From: a virus
Lineage: Duplodnaviria > Caudoviricetes
Direction: 5' to 3' (one strand)
Length of the DNA: 29,120 nucleotides
IMG/VR virus record: IMGVR_UViG_3300005931_000065
Span: 1-29,120 of that record
How positions within the stretch are numbered: the first letter of the stretch is position 1; every line of letters starts with the position of its first letter. The position numbers and the translations under genes are program-made. The notes below the pieces were generated by a model. The model was given only the letters and a program-made list of their open reading frames with translations. It searched no databases and was not told the origin of the DNA. Positions 25,624 to 29,120 of the stretch are shown piece by piece.

Positions 25624-26340
25624 TTAACCCCCCGGAGTTACCGTAAATGTCCCAATTCGAACACCATGAACATTGGTTAGGTTGTTTGCAACCGCACCAG
25701 TGATGACTAGATTTGCTGTGTGGGTTGTTCCTCTATCTGGATTGTACAAAGGTTGTCCAGAAGCGAGAGCAATTGCCTGACCACCTACTCGATATGTAGC
25801 AGCAGCCGAACCAGTACCACCCTGAAGAGCTGGCATCTTAAATACCAGCGTGTTGTTAGCATTGGTAATAAAATCAGCCGCATTAATACCAGCCGAACCA
25901 ACATTTGAGTTGAATACCGCAACAGCAGCGTTACCACCAACAGTGTTGGAAACAGTAATCTGAAGGTTGTTAGCCGCTGAACCTGAGAAGGTCAAAGGCG
26001 TGTTGAAAACCACATAAAGGTTTGCTGCCACGTTAGCCGAAATAGTGCCGTTGGCGTTTAGCTTGACATACATCTGAGAGATGTCAGCCTTACCAGTGTA
26101 ATTGTTTGAGTTGTAACCCATTCCAGCCACACCCGGATTAGCTGCTACAAGCACTTCATCAATGGTACGAGCTCCACGATTTTCGCGCCGAACCCAGCCC
26201 TTATTAGTCACAATAACATTGCGCTTTGAAGCCATCTGATCAGCATTATAGAAAGGTTGGTAACCAGCCTTCATACCTGCAACTGTGTTGGCACCTGCAT
26301 TACTTTGTGTAGATTCTCTACGGAAGCCCCATTTACTCAT
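25624..26340 (-). CDS. Probable virion structural protein
   Basis: Late promoter and GGAG RBS upstream; Asn/Gly/Ala/Thr-rich beta-type composition. Confidence 0.65.
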   Translation of the reverse strand: MSKWGFRRESTQSNAGANTVAGMKAGYQPFYNADQMASKRNVIVTNKGWVRRENRGARTIDEVLVAANPGVAGMGYNSNNYTGKADISQMYVKLNANGTISANVAANLYVVFNTPLTFSGSAANNLQITVSNTVGGNAAVAVFNSNVGSAGINAADFITNANNTLVFKMPALQGGTGSAAATYRVGGQAIALASGQPLYNPDRGTTHTANLVITGAVANNLTNVHGVRIGTFTVTPGG

Positions 26341-26402
26341 TTATTTCTTCTCCTTTTCGCTTTTCGTCAACGTTTGACTACTCGGCATAATATTGTTACT
26401 TC

Positions 26403-26410
26403 TATTTATA
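26403..26410 (-). promoter_or_regulatory. T4-type late promoter TATAAATA
   Basis: Exact consensus in the intergenic region. Confidence 0.85.
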
Positions 26411-26420
26411 AGAATAAATC

Positions 26421-28547
26421 TTAGTAATCTTCTTGTTGTCTCTTCTTAGCTGCTTTTTTATCATGTACGCGGTTTTCCATTTCATCAGCCATATCCTGAA
26501 GCTGCCTGTGCATATGCTTGCTATCATAGCTCGGACCAATATCAGACAGATGTTTTACCAGACGTTGAGCATGTTTAACAGCACCCTTGTGGTATTCTTG
26601 GTGTTGTGCCTTACGCTCTTCGTCAAGTGATTCCGCCTTTTTAGCTGAACGACCATGACGCTCATCAAGAGTTGCAAACATGTCTCCAGCAGTACGACCA
26701 ACACGACCACGGGAATTAGCTTCTCGAATAGCATTCAGCCAAGATTCAGAAACTTTAGAATTGCTCTGCTTGACAATTTCTTTTTCGCCCTTTGGGTTAT
26801 CTTGCGGACGCTTTGCATCCTTGTTTGAATGAGGAACATTCACATCTGAAGTTCCCTGTTTCACTTGTGACTTTTCGCCATCCATTGATGCTTCGTTCAT
26901 TGTTTCGTCCTTCTCTATTTCTTCTCTTGTTAGGTTGACCCCAGCCGCTTTGTTAGAGGCATCTAGACCAGCTCTACGTCTGTTTTCTTGCTTCTCACGT
27001 TTTTTAAAGTCTGCATGAGCACTATCCATCTTCTGTACATCCCTCAATGAAGCACGCGCAGATTCCTTAAGAGAATCAATCAGTGACCCATGTGAATGAT
27101 CATACTTCGCTTGAAGCTTATCCTTGTTGTCAGCTCCACGAGCTTCTTTGTGCTTGTTAAGAGCTTTGATTGCATGGGAAGCAGGAACCTTAACCTTATC
27201 CCCATTTGCAAATTCGACATTGTGCTGCCCTCTAAGACTGACTGCTTTACGAAGCTGCATGATAATGTGCTCACGACCCTGCTCATCCTCACCATCTGCA
27301 TTTTTCTTGGGACGACCGCGCTGCGCCTCACCGATGTTGATTCTATCGCCGCTCTTAATTGCCTTCATGATACCCATGGTGGATGTCTCCTTCCTCCCTG
27401 ATGCAGTGATTGCGTATGAGATTCTGTACCCATCTCGTTCAGCCTGCCGAACAGCACGAGCTCCAACGACACTCTTCACAACTGGGGGACTGCCCTTCTT
27501 CATGACGATGACATCTGACTTTGCCTTGTTTGGTGAAGCCTCATCAAGGTCGATTTCTTCTTTAGTGAAGCCCTTGGGAGTTCCAGCAGGTTCTCCCTTA
27601 TTGGTGTTCTTAGCAACCACTACCTGACCACCTTTCTTATCAACAGTTAGGACACCCCAACCTTTGTTCTTTTTCATGAAATCGTTTGCGGCATCATCAG
27701 AAGTGAACACTTTAGTGTTTTTGTATTTACGCCCCTGATGTATCACATTTGCCTCATCTAGATTGGTCGCATCACCCATCTCTGTTTCCTCTTTATACAT
27801 ATTCAGTTCATATGGTGTTTTACCACCCTTGTTATATACCTGCACCTGAATGTGTCCCTTATCACCCTTTAGGCGATAAGAATTGGTCTTACCCTCAGAT
27901 GGTTTCTTAGGACCAGTAGCGACTTTTCTATCGATCTCACTTGAGTGAATTTTGATACCATGCTTCTTCTCTGCATGATCGTATGCGTGTTTCATAGCAC
28001 TTGAGAAATCTTTATGATATAGGTCATACCCACTACCTGACTTACCTTCTTCAAGATCAGTTTCTTCAACCATTGACTGAAGTTCTCTTGGCGACATGTT
28101 GAACATTTGAGATGCTACGTTATAGCCCTTGTCTTTAATGATCTGCAAAAGTTCTTTCTTCTTCGCTGGGGACATCACTTTCCCCTTAACCCTACCTCTG
28201 AGCCTTGCCATAGTAAGCTCATCCAGTTCTGTTTCTTCAGCGACACGAGTTGTATCACCTTCTTCCTCTTTAGGATTAATATTGATATCATCAGCAGAAT
28301 CAGAACCGGCTTTCTTATCCTTGTCGTCCTTTTTCTTCTTGACTTTTTTAGAAACAACCTTACGACGATTCTTCAGATACTTGTCTGACTTATCTTCATC
28401 ACCATCGTTGTCAATATCACCATCTTCCTTACCAACTGGATCAAGCTTCTTCTCATCAAGAACCTCTTCCTCAAGAGACGATGTTTTACGCTGATTGACA
28501 TCCTGCTTAGCAGATTGAATTTTACGAATTGCTGATTCTAGTGTCAT
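26421..28547 (-). CDS. 708-aa modular head/internal protein with many L/I-X-E protease-like sites
   Basis: Late promoter, GAGG RBS, Lys/Glu-rich, repeated LDE/LEE/IGE/LKE/IRE junctions. Confidence 0.7.
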   Translation of the reverse strand: MTLESAIRKIQSAKQDVNQRKTSSLEEEVLDEKKLDPVGKEDGDIDNDGDEDKSDKYLKNRRKVVSKKVKKKKDDKDKKAGSDSADDININPKEEEGDTTRVAEETELDELTMARLRGRVKGKVMSPAKKKELLQIIKDKGYNVASQMFNMSPRELQSMVEETDLEEGKSGSGYDLYHKDFSSAMKHAYDHAEKKHGIKIHSSEIDRKVATGPKKPSEGKTNSYRLKGDKGHIQVQVYNKGGKTPYELNMYKEETEMGDATNLDEANVIHQGRKYKNTKVFTSDDAANDFMKKNKGWGVLTVDKKGGQVVVAKNTNKGEPAGTPKGFTKEEIDLDEASPNKAKSDVIVMKKGSPPVVKSVVGARAVRQAERDGYRISYAITASGRKETSTMGIMKAIKSGDRINIGEAQRGRPKKNADGEDEQGREHIIMQLRKAVSLRGQHNVEFANGDKVKVPASHAIKALNKHKEARGADNKDKLQAKYDHSHGSLIDSLKESARASLRDVQKMDSAHADFKKREKQENRRRAGLDASNKAAGVNLTREEIEKDETMNEASMDGEKSQVKQGTSDVNVPHSNKDAKRPQDNPKGEKEIVKQSNSKVSESWLNAIREANSRGRVGRTAGDMFATLDERHGRSAKKAESLDEERKAQHQEYHKGAVKHAQRLVKHLSDIGPSYDSKHMHRQLQDMADEMENRVHDKKAAKKRQQEDY

Positions 28548-28570
28548 TTTATCCTCAAAAGTTGCCCAAC

Positions 28571-28578
28571 TATTTATG
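28571..28578 (-). promoter_or_regulatory. Late promoter variant CATAAATA
   Basis: One mismatch to TATAAATA; intergenic, 24 nt before the ATG. Confidence 0.7.
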
Positions 28579-28583
28579 TCAAA

Positions 28584-29120
28584 TTAGGACTGGGTTTTAT
28601 TGTTATCTTTTTTTCGATCATATTTTTTCTTATTCGGAACAACCCGTCTCTTCATATACTTCGCTGTCATAAGGTCTTTGACCATCTTGTTCGATGATCT
28701 CTTGGGTGTTTCAGTCACGTCTTTTTGTCCCGGAGTTTCTCTGGTGTATCTCTCAACAGAATCAGGTGTCCCCCACTCAACTGGTGCATATCCCTCTTTC
28801 TTAGTTTCAGACTTTTTGTCGTCTTTTTTCTTATCATCAAAGAATGCAGGACGCCCAGCAGCGACACGAGACTTGTCAAACTTCTTCAATCTATCCAGTG
28901 CAGATGCTTCATGAACGATATCTTCCTTTGGGACACAATTTGGAACCTTTTTTCCATCCTTCTTCTTATGACCAACCATTTCATATTCATTCCAACAAGG
29001 ATCGGAATCTTTCGGTTTTTTGGTTTCATAAACAGTTTCTTCACGATGAACACGTGAACGCATATCACGTGCTCTTGCTTGCATCCGTTCACGTGTTTGT
29101 CTGTCTTTAAGCTGCTCACG
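28584..29120 (-). CDS. C-terminal part of another modular, charged head protein (5' end outside window)
   Basis: Frame stays open to 29120; DPCW..Y..VG.K.K.GK.VPNCVP and EWGT...Y...TPGQ modules. Confidence 0.7.
   Translation of the reverse strand, partial: REQLKDRQTRERMQARARDMRSRVHREETVYETKKPKDSDPCWNEYEMVGHKKKDGKKVPNCVPKEDIVHEASALDRLKKFDKSRVAAGRPAFFDDKKKDDKKSETKKEGYAPVEWGTPDSVERYTRETPGQKDVTETPKRSSNKMVKDLMTAKYMKRRVVPNKKKYDRKKDNNKTQS

Noticed and set aside
831-29110. Numerous plus-strand ORFs and short alternate-frame minus-strand ORFs
   Set aside because: They are shadows of convincing minus-strand genes, with no recognisable motifs or expression signals
1-29120. CRISPR array, long tandem repeats or stop-codon recoding
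   Set aside because: No repeat-spacer periodicity was seen, and core genes are full-length in the standard code

Overview
A 29-kb segment of a large T4-like myovirus genome. The host is Gram-negative, since a two-component spanin is present. Essentially all real genes lie on the minus strand. Read in the direction of transcription (right to left), it contains: late head/virion genes with T4-type late promoters, including a modular 708-aa protein studded with prohead-protease-like L-X-E sites; a lysis cassette (M15A endolysin, i-/o-spanin, putative holin); a sigma70-driven operon of primase gp61, thyA, nrdA, nrdB and a GIY-YIG nuclease; running directly on from that operon, a sugar island (methyltransferase, GT11, ColD, ColC/Fcl, NDT-like N-glycosidase, two GT-A enzymes, dCMP deaminase, KpsS/GT107-like transferase); an early block with a split RNA-repair system (3'-phosphatase, Rnl1 ligase, kinase), an intein-containing T5 A1-like protein, a nucleotidyltransferase and a PhyH-like oxygenase; and finally a small tRNA operon (Tyr, initiator-like Met, His). 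Two observations stand out. (1) The tRNA operon is preceded by an unannotated 37-codon leader ORF that uses 19 of the 20 amino acids by codon 29 and overlaps mutually exclusive antiterminator/terminator hairpins. This is a candidate ribosome-mediated attenuator that would switch on phage tRNAs when host tRNAs are depleted. (2) The phage encodes a GDP-colitose synthesis-and-transfer module embedded in its nucleotide-metabolism operon. Family assignments come from motifs recognised by eye; no searches were run.
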